A stretch of 64,000 bases of DNA, from positions 3,456,001 to 3,520,000 of the forward strand of contig OY762721.1 of the NCBI GenBank assembly GCA_963666345.1, in the 5' to 3' direction. A program made the position numbers and the translations under genes. Of this stretch, positions 48,917-58,584 are shown in pieces (the first letter of the stretch is position 1; the number at the start of each line of letters is the position of its first letter). This stretch comes from Desulfatiglandales bacterium (lineage in GTDB: Bacteria; Desulfobacterota; DSM-4660; Desulfatiglandales; Desulfatiglandaceae). Under the pieces are notes generated by a model. That model was not told where the DNA came from. It saw nothing but the letters and a program-made list of their open reading frames with translations, and ran no database searches.

Positions 48917-49849
48917 ATGGATTCGGCAAGGATCGCCTTTATCGTAAATCCCAATTCAGCCGGGGGACTCACCGCCGGAAAGTGGCCGGAGATCCGCGCC
49001 GGGGCGAGGAGCAGGTTCGGGCGCATCGATTCCTTTATTACGGGAGGCCCCGGGGATGCGACCTCATTGACCAGGGAGGCGATTGCGTCGGGCGCGGACA
49101 TTATAGTCTGCATGGGCGGCGACGGCACTCTGAATGAAACCATAAACGGATTCATGGGTGGAAAAGGCCCTCTCAGGCAGGGCACGCTTCTCGGGTTCAT
49201 CCCCAGCGGGACAGGGTGCGATTTTGCCAGGTCCGTTCCCGTTCAAAGAGATGCCGTCCGATCCTTTGAAGACATAAGGACGCGCAGGCACAGGATTATA
49301 GATCTGGGAAGACTTAGCTACAGTAAAAACGGGGGCGGCACCGGGTCCAGGTATTTTCATAACGTGGTAAGTTTCGGCCTCGGAGGAGAGGTCGATTTGC
49401 GTGTAAAGGGGAGCGGAAAGGCCTTGGGAGGTTCCGTCTCGTTCATATGGGCCACGCTGGCATCCCTTTTATCATACAAAAAAAAGGTGATACGCATTGC
49501 GGTGGATGATATATTTGATGAACGGATCAGGTGCTGGAACGTGGCTGTCGCTAACGGCCAGTATCATGGGGGAGGGATGTGGATCGCCCCCGGATCAGAG
49601 GTCGCGGACGGATCTTTTCAGCTTACCATAATAGGGGATCTGTCCATGCGTCAGATTCTTCTGAACCTGCACAGGCTTTACAACGGGAGCATATATAAAC
49701 AGAAAATGGTTCAAATGGTAAGGGGAAGGCGCATAACGGCGGTTTCAGACAGCAGTGTCCTCATCGACATGGACGGCGAGCAGTGCGGACGGCTTCCCGC
49801 GGTCGTCGAGGTGGTTCCTTCCGTGCTGCCGATCATCTGCAGTGACTGA
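48917..49849 (+). CDS. Diacylglycerol/lipid kinase family protein (YegS/DgkB-like)
   Basis: IVNP.SAGG, GGDGTLNE, IPSGTGCDFAR, GGGM.IAP, DGE. Confidence 0.9.
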   Translation: MDSARIAFIVNPNSAGGLTAGKWPEIRAGARSRFGRIDSFITGGPGDATSLTREAIASGADIIVCMGGDGTLNETINGFMGGKGPLRQGTLLGFIPSGTGCDFARSVPVQRDAVRSFEDIRTRRHRIIDLGRLSYSKNGGGTGSRYFHNVVSFGLGGEVDLRVKGSGKALGGSVSFIWATLASLLSYKKKVIRIAVDDIFDERIRCWNVAVANGQYHGGGMWIAPGSEVADGSFQLTIIGDLSMRQILLNLHRLYNGSIYKQKMVQMVRGRRITAVSDSSVLIDMDGEQCGRLPAVVEVVPSVLPIICSD

Positions 49850-49887
49850 AAGGCCTTTGAGAAGCCGGGCGGCCCTTTGGGTGCTTT

Positions 49888-50238
49888 TTGATTCACGAGA
49901 TGAAATCGAGGTCTGTTTTGATGCAAACAGGTGGTTTCAAAAAGATAAACCACATGGCTATTTTAGGTTTTCTTCTACCCTTCGTTGCGATCGGAGCCGC
50001 CGGAGCGGTCCTTCTGATTGCGGGTAGCGATATGAATTATTCAGGGTATTCAATATGTTATATTTCGATAGTCCCTTTTCTGCTGCTTGCCGGGCTTGTT
50101 TCATCCATCAGGTCCATTCCCAGGATAGCTGACAGGGGTGATAAGGACTATGCCTTTTCAGGGCTCGTATTGAACATTTTCTTTATCTGCCTATATATCC
50201 TTTCCATGATTATTTTTCTTTTTAACTCCTCCAATTAA
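49888..50238 (+). CDS. Small membrane protein (3 TM), hypothetical; start may be 49921
   Basis: Three hydrophobic segments; fills the gap co-directionally. Confidence 0.55.
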   Translation: MIHEMKSRSVLMQTGGFKKINHMAILGFLLPFVAIGAAGAVLLIAGSDMNYSGYSICYISIVPFLLLAGLVSSIRSIPRIADRGDKDYAFSGLVLNIFFICLYILSMIIFLFNSSN

Positions 50239-50272
50239 CAAGATATTTTCTCCTGTTGCAGGCCTTTTTTTC

Positions 50273-50345
50273 TTGACAAAGGAAATTGTTTGTGGCTATA
50301 AGTGTCACAAAGTGGTATAGAGTTCCATAAAGTGTCAGAAAGGGT
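50273..50345 (+). promoter_or_regulatory. dcw promoter with MraZ-type operator repeats
   Basis: TTGACA-N18-TATAAG; GTG-core repeats at exact 10-bp period (TGTGG, AGTGT, AGTGG, AGTTC, AGTGT) before mraZ. Confidence 0.7.
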
Positions 50346-50350
50346 CTGAA

Positions 50351-50788
50351 ATGTTCAGAGGTCGCTCAAGACATGCCCTCGACAGCAAGGGGCGGTTGGC
50401 AATTCCTGCAAGGTTCAAGGAAGTCCTTGAATCAAGGGATGAAAATTGTCTTGTGGTGACCAATCATGACAGTTGTCTGTGGGCCTTTTCAAGGGAAAAC
50501 TGGAGGGTAATCGAGGAAAAGGCGGCGAGCCTGCCTCAACTCGATATGGCCGTCAACACCTATCTCAGATATTTTATCTCCGGTGCGGTCGAATGTCCTA
50601 TAAAGCAGGGGAGGATAACCCTCCCGCTCGATTTGAGGGAGATCGCGGGTCTTAAGAAGGAAGTGGTCCTGGTGGGAGAGTTGAAGCGGTTCGAGATCTG
50701 GGAAAAGGACAGGTGGGAGGAAGAATTCAGGCGTGCCAGGGAAGCCTTCCCGGATGTCAGCCAGTCCCTGTCCGGGCTGGGCATATAA
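50351..50788 (+). CDS. mraZ: Division/cell wall cluster transcriptional repressor MraZ
   Basis: DSKGRL.IP, QGRI.LP..LR, FEIW. Confidence 0.95.
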   Translation: MFRGRSRHALDSKGRLAIPARFKEVLESRDENCLVVTNHDSCLWAFSRENWRVIEEKAASLPQLDMAVNTYLRYFISGAVECPIKQGRITLPLDLREIAGLKKEVVLVGELKRFEIWEKDRWEEEFRRAREAFPDVSQSLSGLGI

Positions 50789-50799
50789 GGTTTGAAGAC

Positions 50800-51735
50800 T
50801 TGGATTATCCTCACGAACCGGTCCTTGTCAGAGAAGTTCTGGAATATCTGGAGCCCCACCGGCAAGGCGTATATGTGGACGGAACCGTTGGAAGCGCGGG
50901 CCACAGCCTTGAGATCGGGAAGAGCCTGGCAGGGCAAAGCCGCTTGATATGCCTTGACAGGGATCGCGCGGCCATAGGCTTTTCCGAAAAAAGGCTGGCC
51001 TTTATGGGCGACAGGGCCTCTATCGTAAAGGCCAGTTACGCGGACCTGGACAGGGTCCTGGAGACCATGGCGATAGACGGAGTCGACGGAGTCCTGCTGG
51101 ACCTGGGGATGTCATCATTCCAGCTTGATCATTCCGGAAGGGGTTTCAGCTTCGGAGGCGACGAACCCCTTGACATGCGAATGGATCAGGACCAGGAGTT
51201 GAGCGCCGACCGGATAGTAAACACATTTTCCCAAAAAGATCTTGCGGAAATTTTGTGGAAATACGGGGAGGAGAAGAGATCAAGGGCGATTGCAGGCTCA
51301 ATTGTCAGGGCGCGTATGAAAGGGGACATCAGGACATCCTCTCAACTGGCGGAACTGATTAAGTCGGTTTACCCCCCTTCCTATCGTTACAAGGCAAAGC
51401 ATCCTGCGGTGAGATCATTTCAGGCCTTGAGAATCGCAGTAAACAGTGAGCTTCAAAATATCGAACTCTTTCTCAGGAAAATCCCCTCTCTCATCAAAAA
51501 CGGCGGCAGGCTGGTTGTAATCTCCTACCATTCACTTGAGGACAGGATGATCAAGAGGGCCATGAACGGCTGGGAAAAACCATGTACCTGCCCTCCCGAC
51601 CTTCCCCGGTGCGCATGCGGTAAGGTCCCTCTGTTCAGGGCACTGAGCAGGGGCGGAGTAAAACCGGGGGAAAAAGAGATCGATGAAAACCCCAGGGCAC
51701 GCAGCGCCATCCTGAGAGCTGCGGAAAGGATCTGA
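50800..51735 (+). CDS. rsmH: 16S rRNA m4C1402 methyltransferase
   Basis: HEPVL, DGTVG.AGH, DLGMSS.QLD, PLDMRM, FQALRIAVN, SYHSLEDR, NPRARSA.LR; TTG start inferred. Confidence 0.95.
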   Translation: MDYPHEPVLVREVLEYLEPHRQGVYVDGTVGSAGHSLEIGKSLAGQSRLICLDRDRAAIGFSEKRLAFMGDRASIVKASYADLDRVLETMAIDGVDGVLLDLGMSSFQLDHSGRGFSFGGDEPLDMRMDQDQELSADRIVNTFSQKDLAEILWKYGEEKRSRAIAGSIVRARMKGDIRTSSQLAELIKSVYPPSYRYKAKHPAVRSFQALRIAVNSELQNIELFLRKIPSLIKNGGRLVVISYHSLEDRMIKRAMNGWEKPCTCPPDLPRCACGKVPLFRALSRGGVKPGEKEIDENPRARSAILRAAERI

Positions 51736-51737
51736 AG

Positions 51738-52106
51738 ATGACCGGAGCGGAGAGGGTGAAAAGCATGATGGTTTCAAGGAACGCAGTCACGGGCGTAAGC
51801 CCCAGGAATTCCCGCGTAAAGAAGCGCTCCTTTAATATGACCGGAAGGCAGATCCTGCTCATAGTATTTATGATGCTCCTGTTTATGGGAAGCAGTATCG
51901 GGTATGTGTGGTCCAATTTCGAGAGAACACAGATAGGTTATGACCTGAGCCAGCTGAAAAAGAAGGAGATGCAGCTTACGGAGATAAACAGGAAATTAAG
52001 ACTTGAACTGGCCATAGTAAAATCCCCGAGGCGAATAGAGAAGGTGGCCAAGGAAAGACTGGGGCTGAGGCAGCCTTCTCCTGATCAGATTGTTGTTTTG
52101 CCATGA
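51738..52106 (+). CDS. ftsL: Cell division protein FtsL
   Basis: TM, leucine-zipper region, P.RIE..A...LGL; position between rsmH and ftsI. Confidence 0.85.
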   Translation: MTGAERVKSMMVSRNAVTGVSPRNSRVKKRSFNMTGRQILLIVFMMLLFMGSSIGYVWSNFERTQIGYDLSQLKKKEMQLTEINRKLRLELAIVKSPRRIEKVAKERLGLRQPSPDQIVVLP

Positions 52107-54064
52107 AGGTAAGGGAAAAAAAATGGATAAGACTGCGAATCTATCTGATTGCCTCGTTCTTTGTCCTGGGGCTGGGGACACTCCTTTTCAGGGCGTTTCA
52201 ATTGCAGGTCCTCAAGAAGGACCGTCTCGAAGCGATAGCCAGGTCAGGTTACAAGGGGACCATTAAGCTCCCACCCAAGCGTGGCACCATACGCGACAGG
52301 GAAGGTAACGAACTGGCTGTAAGTGTGGAGGTCGGTTCTGTATACGCCCATCCAAGAAGAATAAAGGCGAAGAAAAAGACAGCGGTAAAACTGGCACAGG
52401 CCCTGGAAATAAGGGAAGACAAGATCCTTAATCTTCTCAAGACCAAGAGGTCCTTTGTGTGGATAGAAAGAAGGATAGATCCCAAAAGGACGAGGAAGGT
52501 CGAGGATCTGGGTCTGGACGGGGTAGGGGTCGCCAGTGAGACGAGGAGATTCCTGCCCGGCAGGGAAATCGGGGCGCACCTCATCGGATTTGTTGGTACC
52601 GACAATCAGGGGCTTGAAGGTCTGGAAAAGAGATATGACAAGGATCTGAGAGGCCCCCATAACAGCCTTATTCAGATGCGTGATGCCTTGGGCAGGCCTT
52701 TTGCGGTAAGCAGGCCGGTCCCCTCGGAGCATGGTATGAGGGACCTTGTCCTGACAATAGACAAGGACATCCAATACAAGGCACAGGCGGCGCTCAAAAG
52801 AGCTGTCGACAAGACAAAGGCCAGAGGGGGGCACTGCCTGGTGGTTGATCCCAAGACCGGAGAAATACTTGCCATGGCCGTTGTCCCCGAATTCAACCCC
52901 AACATATTCTCCAAATACGAGGCCGAGTGCTGGAGAAACAGGAGCATCACCGACTGCTTTGAGCCGGGATCCACGATAAAGGCCTTCCTGCTGGCAGCCG
53001 CCCTGGAAGAAAGCTCAGTCACTCCCACCACCACCTTTGACTGCGAGAACGGTAAATTCGCGATAGGCGGACACGTAATCCACGATACCCATGAACATGG
53101 AGTGATAAGCGTCCATGACATAGTGGTCAAATCGAGCAATATCGGCGCGATCAAGATCGGACAGAGGCTCGGGTATGAGAAATTTACCGGTTATCTCAAG
53201 GAATTCGGCTTCGGCGTCAGGAGCGGCATCGCTCTGATTGGTGAAAGAAGCGGGTTCATAAGATCTCCGAGAAAGGCCAGACCCGTGGACAGGGCAAATC
53301 TTTTCTTCGGTCAGGGGATGACCGCAACCTCTCTTCAGCTGGCAATGGCCATGGCCGCCATAGCCAACGAAGGCAGGCTCATGAAGCCGTTCGTGGTCAA
53401 GAGGATAGTGAGTGAATCTGGCAAGGTCATAAAGGAAAATTATCCGGAGATGGTCAGGAGGGTACTTTCAGCTGAGACCGCGAGGAAGGTCACCGCAATA
53501 CTCGAGGATGTCACGGCCGACGGCGGGACCGCCCCCAAGGCGGCAATCGAGGGCTACAGGGTCGCGGGCAAGACCGGAACCTCGCAGAAGGTCGACCCAA
53601 AGACCAGGAGATATTCCAGAAGCAAGTATGTGGCCACATTTGTGGGGCTCGTTCCCGTGGATAGGCCAAGGCTTGTGATACTTGTCGCAGTTGATGAACC
53701 GAAGGGAAACGCATATGGAGGCATTGTATCGGCCCCGGTGTTCAGAGAGGTGGGAAAGTGGGCGCTCAATCATCTCAGGATCAATCCTCAGGTGAGGCTG
53801 GTTCAGGAGAAGGGTGAGGTCGAAAAAGCTCCCCCAAGGCCGGAATTGAGCGAGGATGTAAAGAGGATAGCGCTTGAGGTGAGAAGCGGCATTGTTCCGG
53901 ATTTTTCAGGGTTGGGCATGAGGGCGGTCCTTAAAAAGGCAGGTTCGCTCGGGCTGGAGATAGTGGCAGAGGGAAGCGGGCTTGCGGTGGAACAGATGCC
54001 TGAACCGGGCACGCCTCTGGAAGGCGTAAAAAGGGTAGAGGTGACCTTCAGGTCTCCTGTGTGA
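52103..54064 (+). CDS. ftsI: Septal peptidoglycan transpeptidase (PBP3) with PASTA domain
   Basis: RGTI.DR, G.EGLE, EPGSTIK (SxxK), SSN, KTGT. Confidence 0.95.
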   Translation: MKVREKKWIRLRIYLIASFFVLGLGTLLFRAFQLQVLKKDRLEAIARSGYKGTIKLPPKRGTIRDREGNELAVSVEVGSVYAHPRRIKAKKKTAVKLAQALEIREDKILNLLKTKRSFVWIERRIDPKRTRKVEDLGLDGVGVASETRRFLPGREIGAHLIGFVGTDNQGLEGLEKRYDKDLRGPHNSLIQMRDALGRPFAVSRPVPSEHGMRDLVLTIDKDIQYKAQAALKRAVDKTKARGGHCLVVDPKTGEILAMAVVPEFNPNIFSKYEAECWRNRSITDCFEPGSTIKAFLLAAALEESSVTPTTTFDCENGKFAIGGHVIHDTHEHGVISVHDIVVKSSNIGAIKIGQRLGYEKFTGYLKEFGFGVRSGIALIGERSGFIRSPRKARPVDRANLFFGQGMTATSLQLAMAMAAIANEGRLMKPFVVKRIVSESGKVIKENYPEMVRRVLSAETARKVTAILEDVTADGGTAPKAAIEGYRVAGKTGTSQKVDPKTRRYSRSKYVATFVGLVPVDRPRLVILVAVDEPKGNAYGGIVSAPVFREVGKWALNHLRINPQVRLVQEKGEVEKAPPRPELSEDVKRIALEVRSGIVPDFSGLGMRAVLKKAGSLGLEIVAEGSGLAVEQMPEPGTPLEGVKRVEVTFRSPV

Positions 54065-54067
54065 GAG

Positions 54068-55630
54068 ATGTATCGGATGAGACTGACAGATCTGCTTAAA
54101 GGTGTTTCAACAGAAGAGGTAAAGTGCGATCTTGATTCGGATATCACCGGTCTGAGTTATGACTCGCGGAGGGTCGAAAAGGGGCACCTGTTCGTGGCGA
54201 TGAGGGGAAGCGAGCTTGACGGCCATGCCTTTATTGAAAAAGCGCTGGAAAACGGGGCCCAGGCGGTGATCTTTGATTCGGGCCGGTTGGAGAGCGGGAT
54301 CCCCGCGGTCAGGGTGGAAGACTCAAGGGAAGCGCTCGGGATATTGTCTGAAAATTTCTACGAAAGGCCTTTTGAAGGCATGAATCTGATAGGAATTACC
54401 GGCACGAACGGAAAGACCACAACCAGTTACCTGCTCGAGTCGATTATGTTTGAAGCGGGAAAGACACCTGCGGTCATGGGGACCGTAAATTACCGGCTTC
54501 CTGGAAAGACGTTTGACGCTCCCATGACAACGCCTGAATCGCTTGAGATTATGAAGATGTTGAGACGGATGAAAGACTCAGGGGTTTCAGATGTGGTCAT
54601 GGAGGTGTCTTCTCATGCCCTGGCCCAGGGCAGGGTAAAGCGGTGCCCCTTCAGAGCGGCTCTTTTCACCAATCTGTCCCGTGACCACCTCGATTATCAC
54701 GGTACCATGGAAAATTACTTTGAGGCGAAGGGGCGTCTTTTCAGGGAATTACAAAAAGAGGTCTCCGGGCAGGCGACATGGGCGGTGATAAACGGAGATG
54801 ACCCCAGGGCCGGTGCCCTGGCCGGGATTACCGATGCATCGGTTTTTACCTACGGCTTCGGATCTGAATGCGATCTTCGGGCCGAAGACATCAGGCTGAG
54901 CAAAAAGGGAATAATTGTGAATATGTTGACGGCGGATGAGAAAAGGGAGATCCGGTCACCTCTTATCGGTCGTTTCAATGTCTCAAACATCCTTGCAGCG
55001 GCAGCGGTTTCTCTCTGTCTCGGGATATCCATGGATGCGATCGAAAAGGGGGTCGCAGGACTCAAGGGCGTTCCGGGAAGGCTTGAACCGGTCGAAAATG
55101 ACAGGTCCCTGACCATACTGGTGGATTACGCCCATACCCCAGATGCGTTGAAAAAGGCCCTTGACGCGGTCGCGCCTTTGAACGAAGGCAGGCTTATCAG
55201 CGTCGTGGGTTGCGGGGGAGACAGGGACAGCGGAAAGAGAATGCCTATGGGGATGGCGGCGGGAGAGAAGAGCCACCTGGTCTTTATCACATCAGATAAT
55301 CCCAGGACGGAAGACCCGATGACAATAGCCTCTCAGGTCGAGGAGGGGGTCAGGGCGTCGGGTAAAAAAAGGCTTTCCCCGCCGATTGAGAATGCCGGGA
55401 AAGAGACCGGGTATATGCTTGAACTTGACAGAAAAAGGGCCATAGAACTGGCCGTAAGGTCGGCTTCTCAAAAGGATCTGATACTGATTGCCGGAAAAGG
55501 GCATGAAGATTACCAGATAATCGGCAGGCGGAAAAGACATTTTGACGACAGAGAGGTAGCCAAGGCTGCCGCTTCCGTCAGATCCGACCTGGAATGCGAA
55601 TCCGCAACCGATCGTCCGGGAGTTGCGTGA
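54068..55630 (+). CDS. murE: UDP-MurNAc-dipeptide:meso-DAP ligase
   Basis: TGTNGKTT, TTPE, MEVSSH, DHLDYH, DYAHTP, DNPR (DAP-specific), GKGHE. Confidence 0.96.
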   Translation: MYRMRLTDLLKGVSTEEVKCDLDSDITGLSYDSRRVEKGHLFVAMRGSELDGHAFIEKALENGAQAVIFDSGRLESGIPAVRVEDSREALGILSENFYERPFEGMNLIGITGTNGKTTTSYLLESIMFEAGKTPAVMGTVNYRLPGKTFDAPMTTPESLEIMKMLRRMKDSGVSDVVMEVSSHALAQGRVKRCPFRAALFTNLSRDHLDYHGTMENYFEAKGRLFRELQKEVSGQATWAVINGDDPRAGALAGITDASVFTYGFGSECDLRAEDIRLSKKGIIVNMLTADEKREIRSPLIGRFNVSNILAAAAVSLCLGISMDAIEKGVAGLKGVPGRLEPVENDRSLTILVDYAHTPDALKKALDAVAPLNEGRLISVVGCGGDRDSGKRMPMGMAAGEKSHLVFITSDNPRTEDPMTIASQVEEGVRASGKKRLSPPIENAGKETGYMLELDRKRAIELAVRSASQKDLILIAGKGHEDYQIIGRRKRHFDDREVAKAAASVRSDLECESATDRPGVA

Positions 55631-55637
55631 GGTGAAA

Positions 55638-57074
55638 ATGACCGCTGACTGGGGCAAAATAAGGGTGGAGGAACTGCTGGCTCACACGGGCGGCCGTCTG
55701 GTCGTAGGCAGGGAAAAGGCCCTGCTTGCGGGTCTGAGCACCGATTCAAGGCGGATTTCTCCCGGTGAGATCTTCTGGGCGCTAAAGGGGCTCAATTTCG
55801 ACGGTAACTCCTTTGCGTTAAAGGCCCTCGAAAAAGGGGCCGCCGCAGTAGTAGTGGAGGGGGAGCCTCCTTTTCTCAAAGGGTTTGCCGGCGCTTGCAG
55901 TTCCGCCTCGGTAATCTCGGTAAGGGATACATTAAAGGCCCTGGGAGATTTTTCCGCATGGTGGAGACGTAGGCATGACGCAAGGCTGGTGGCTGTTACA
56001 GGCAGCGCCGGCAAGACCACCACAAAAGAGATGACCGCCGACATCCTTGAGATGGGTGGAAGGACCCTCAGAAACAGAGGTAATTTCAACAACCTGATCG
56101 GAGTTCCCCTCACCCTTTTAAATATTGACGGGGGGCATAAAAACTGCGTGATCGAGATGGGGATGAACAGCCCCGGAGAAATCGCCAGACTGACCGAGAT
56201 AGCAAACCCTGACGTGGGGGTTATCCTGAACGTGGGAAGGGCCCATATCGAGGGACTGGGAAGTATCGAAGGCGTTGCAGCGGCCAAGACGGAACTTGTT
56301 GAAGGAATTTCACCCGCCTCCGGCGTAATCGTAAACGGGGATGACGATATACTCATGCAGAGGGCTTCAGGCATGAGAAAGGATCTTGTCACCTTCGGTA
56401 TGGGGGAGCGAAACGATGTAAGGGCATCCGATGTCAGGGACAGGGGAAGGGAGGGGGTTGCGTTCAACCTCAACTTCCGCGGCAGCTCCTGGCCGGTCGG
56501 GATGATAAACGCGGGCCGTCACAATATCCTGAACGCGCTTGCGGCGGCAGCGGCTGCGCTCATTCTCGATGAGCCTCCTTCAAACATCATTGAGGCCCTG
56601 GGCCGATTCAAAGGCGTGGACGGCCGCTTCAAGCTGGTGCCGATCAAGGGGGATATCCTTCTGGTGGATGACACATATAACGCAAACCCCTCTTCTCTCA
56701 GGGCATCGCTTGATTCGGTGCGGTCCCTGGCAACGGAAGGGGGCAGGATCCTCGTCGCATTGGGTGAGATGATGGAGCTTGGCGAGGATTCGGTATCGGC
56801 CCACCTTGAAGCGGGAAGATGGGTGGGTGAGCTGGGAGCGGACCGGTTCTTTGTGATCGGAGAACACGCGGCCCGGATGGCGGACGGGGCCGTGAAATCG
56901 GGCATGGCGCCGGGCGGAATTTTTGAGCTGGGAAGCCGTGAAGAAATGGCGGAGGCCATAAAGGCGAGCCTGAGGCCGGGGGATGTCATTTTTCTGAAGG
57001 GTTCCAGAAAGGCGGGCCTTGATAAGGTCGCAAAGGCCGTTAAGGTCGCGGGTCAAGAAAAGGAGGCATCATGA
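55638..57074 (+). CDS. murF: UDP-MurNAc-tripeptide:D-Ala-D-Ala ligase
   Basis: TGSAGKTTTK, NFNN.IG.P, EMGM, DDTYNANP, LG.M.ELG, KGSR. Confidence 0.96.
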   Translation: MTADWGKIRVEELLAHTGGRLVVGREKALLAGLSTDSRRISPGEIFWALKGLNFDGNSFALKALEKGAAAVVVEGEPPFLKGFAGACSSASVISVRDTLKALGDFSAWWRRRHDARLVAVTGSAGKTTTKEMTADILEMGGRTLRNRGNFNNLIGVPLTLLNIDGGHKNCVIEMGMNSPGEIARLTEIANPDVGVILNVGRAHIEGLGSIEGVAAAKTELVEGISPASGVIVNGDDDILMQRASGMRKDLVTFGMGERNDVRASDVRDRGREGVAFNLNFRGSSWPVGMINAGRHNILNALAAAAAALILDEPPSNIIEALGRFKGVDGRFKLVPIKGDILLVDDTYNANPSSLRASLDSVRSLATEGGRILVALGEMMELGEDSVSAHLEAGRWVGELGADRFFVIGEHAARMADGAVKSGMAPGGIFELGSREEMAEAIKASLRPGDVIFLKGSRKAGLDKVAKAVKVAGQEKEAS

Positions 57075-57481
57075 TGGGGGCTTCAAAAAAGATATTGGTG
57101 GTGGATGATGAAAGAGGCATCAGATATCTCCTTCTGGATGTCCTTTCCAGCTGCGGGTTCGATGTCGTAATGGCAAAGGATGGGAACGAATCCCTTGAGC
57201 AGATGAAGGACGAAGACTTCGGCCTCATCATAACGGACATCAATATGCCGGGGCTGGACGGGCTCGGGGTGCTCAAATGGATGAAAAAAACGGGCCGCAA
57301 GGAAAAGGTCATAGTCATGAGCGGGGATTCCGGGGACGGCGCATTTATCAGTGACGATTTTCCACCAGTACTCAAGCGGTTTTCAAAACCGTTTAAGATA
57401 GGTCATTTCATCGATGTAGTAACAGCGGCAATGGCAAACGGGGATACGCCGGAATCGGGTCGAGGAAGACATGTATCATAA
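57071..57481 (+). CDS. Single-domain response regulator (receiver only)
   Basis: ILVVDDE, IITDINMPGLDG (phospho-Asp), VMSG, KPF; AGGAGG RBS; ATGA overlap with murF stop. Confidence 0.88.
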   Translation: MMGASKKILVVDDERGIRYLLLDVLSSCGFDVVMAKDGNESLEQMKDEDFGLIITDINMPGLDGLGVLKWMKKTGRKEKVIVMSGDSGDGAFISDDFPPVLKRFSKPFKIGHFIDVVTAAMANGDTPESGRGRHVS

Positions 57482-57499
57482 AAGGTTAGAAGGGCCAAG

Positions 57500-58579
57500 A
57501 TGATTTACAAACTTTTATATCTCTTTCATTCTGATCTGTCTTTTCTGAATGTATTCAGATACATCACGTTCAGGACGGTTCTGTCCACTCTGACCGGCCT
57601 GGCCATATGTTTCATATTCGGCGAGTGGATGATAAGAAGGCTTCGCCGGCTGCAGATAGGACAGTACATAAGGGATGACGGGCCACCCAACCATAAATCC
57701 AAAAAGGGGACCCCCACCATGGGCGGAGCCCTTATACTGCCCGCCATTATAATCTCAACCGTGATATGGGCCGAACCGGTAAACATATATGTATGGATAG
57801 TCGTCTTTGTGGCCCTGTCCTTCGGCGGGATAGGCTTTCTGGATGATTACCTCAAGATAATGGGAAAGAGCAGCAAGGGGTTGAGTGCCCGTGCCAAGTT
57901 CTCTCTCCAGATCCTTGCAGCCCTCATGGTCGCCCTGGTCTTTTACGTGTATCCGGGCTTTGATACGCGCCTGAACATACCTTTTTTCAAGAACATCCTG
58001 CCGGATCTGGGCATATGGTATATCCCCTTTGCGGTCTTTATAATCGTGGGCACATCCAATGCGGTGAACCTGACCGACGGCCTCGACGGTCTGGCTATCG
58101 GGCCTCTTATCATAGCATTCAGCAGTTATGTCGTATTTTCGTATCTTTCCGGGCACGTAAAGATAGCCGGTTACCTGCAGATACCTTATGTGCCGGGATC
58201 AGGCGAGATAGTGGTGCTGTGCGGGGCGGTCGTGGGGGCCGGCCTCGGTTTTCTCTGGTACAACAGTTACCCCGCCGAGATATTCATGGGAGACGTGGGC
58301 TCCCTGCCGCTGGGGGCGTTGCTGGGCACGGTAGCCATAATAACAAAGCAGGAGATAATCCTGGCGCTCGTGGGGGGGCTGTTCGTATTTGAGGCCCTCT
58401 CGGTTATCTTCCAGGTCCTGTTTTTCAAGTTGACCGGCGGGCACCGCATATTCAGGATGGCCCCGATCCACCATCACTTCGAGCTCAAGGGATGGCCCGA
58501 GCCGAAGGTGATCGTCAGGTTCTGGATTATTGCCATAATACTGGCCCTTTTCTCTATAGGTACTATCAAGCTGAGGTAG
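57500..58579 (+). CDS. mraY: Phospho-MurNAc-pentapeptide translocase
   Basis: [42 protein letters not shown]. Confidence 0.97.
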   Translation: MIYKLLYLFHSDLSFLNVFRYITFRTVLSTLTGLAICFIFGEWMIRRLRRLQIGQYIRDDGPPNHKSKKGTPTMGGALILPAIIISTVIWAEPVNIYVWIVVFVALSFGGIGFLDDYLKIMGKSSKGLSARAKFSLQILAALMVALVFYVYPGFDTRLNIPFFKNILPDLGIWYIPFAVFIIVGTSNAVNLTDGLDGLAIGPLIIAFSSYVVFSYLSGHVKIAGYLQIPYVPGSGEIVVLCGAVVGAGLGFLWYNSYPAEIFMGDVGSLPLGALLGTVAIITKQEIILALVGGLFVFEALSVIFQVLFFKLTGGHRIFRMAPIHHHFELKGWPEPKVIVRFWIIAIILALFSIGTIKLR

Positions 58580-58584
58580 TGTCG

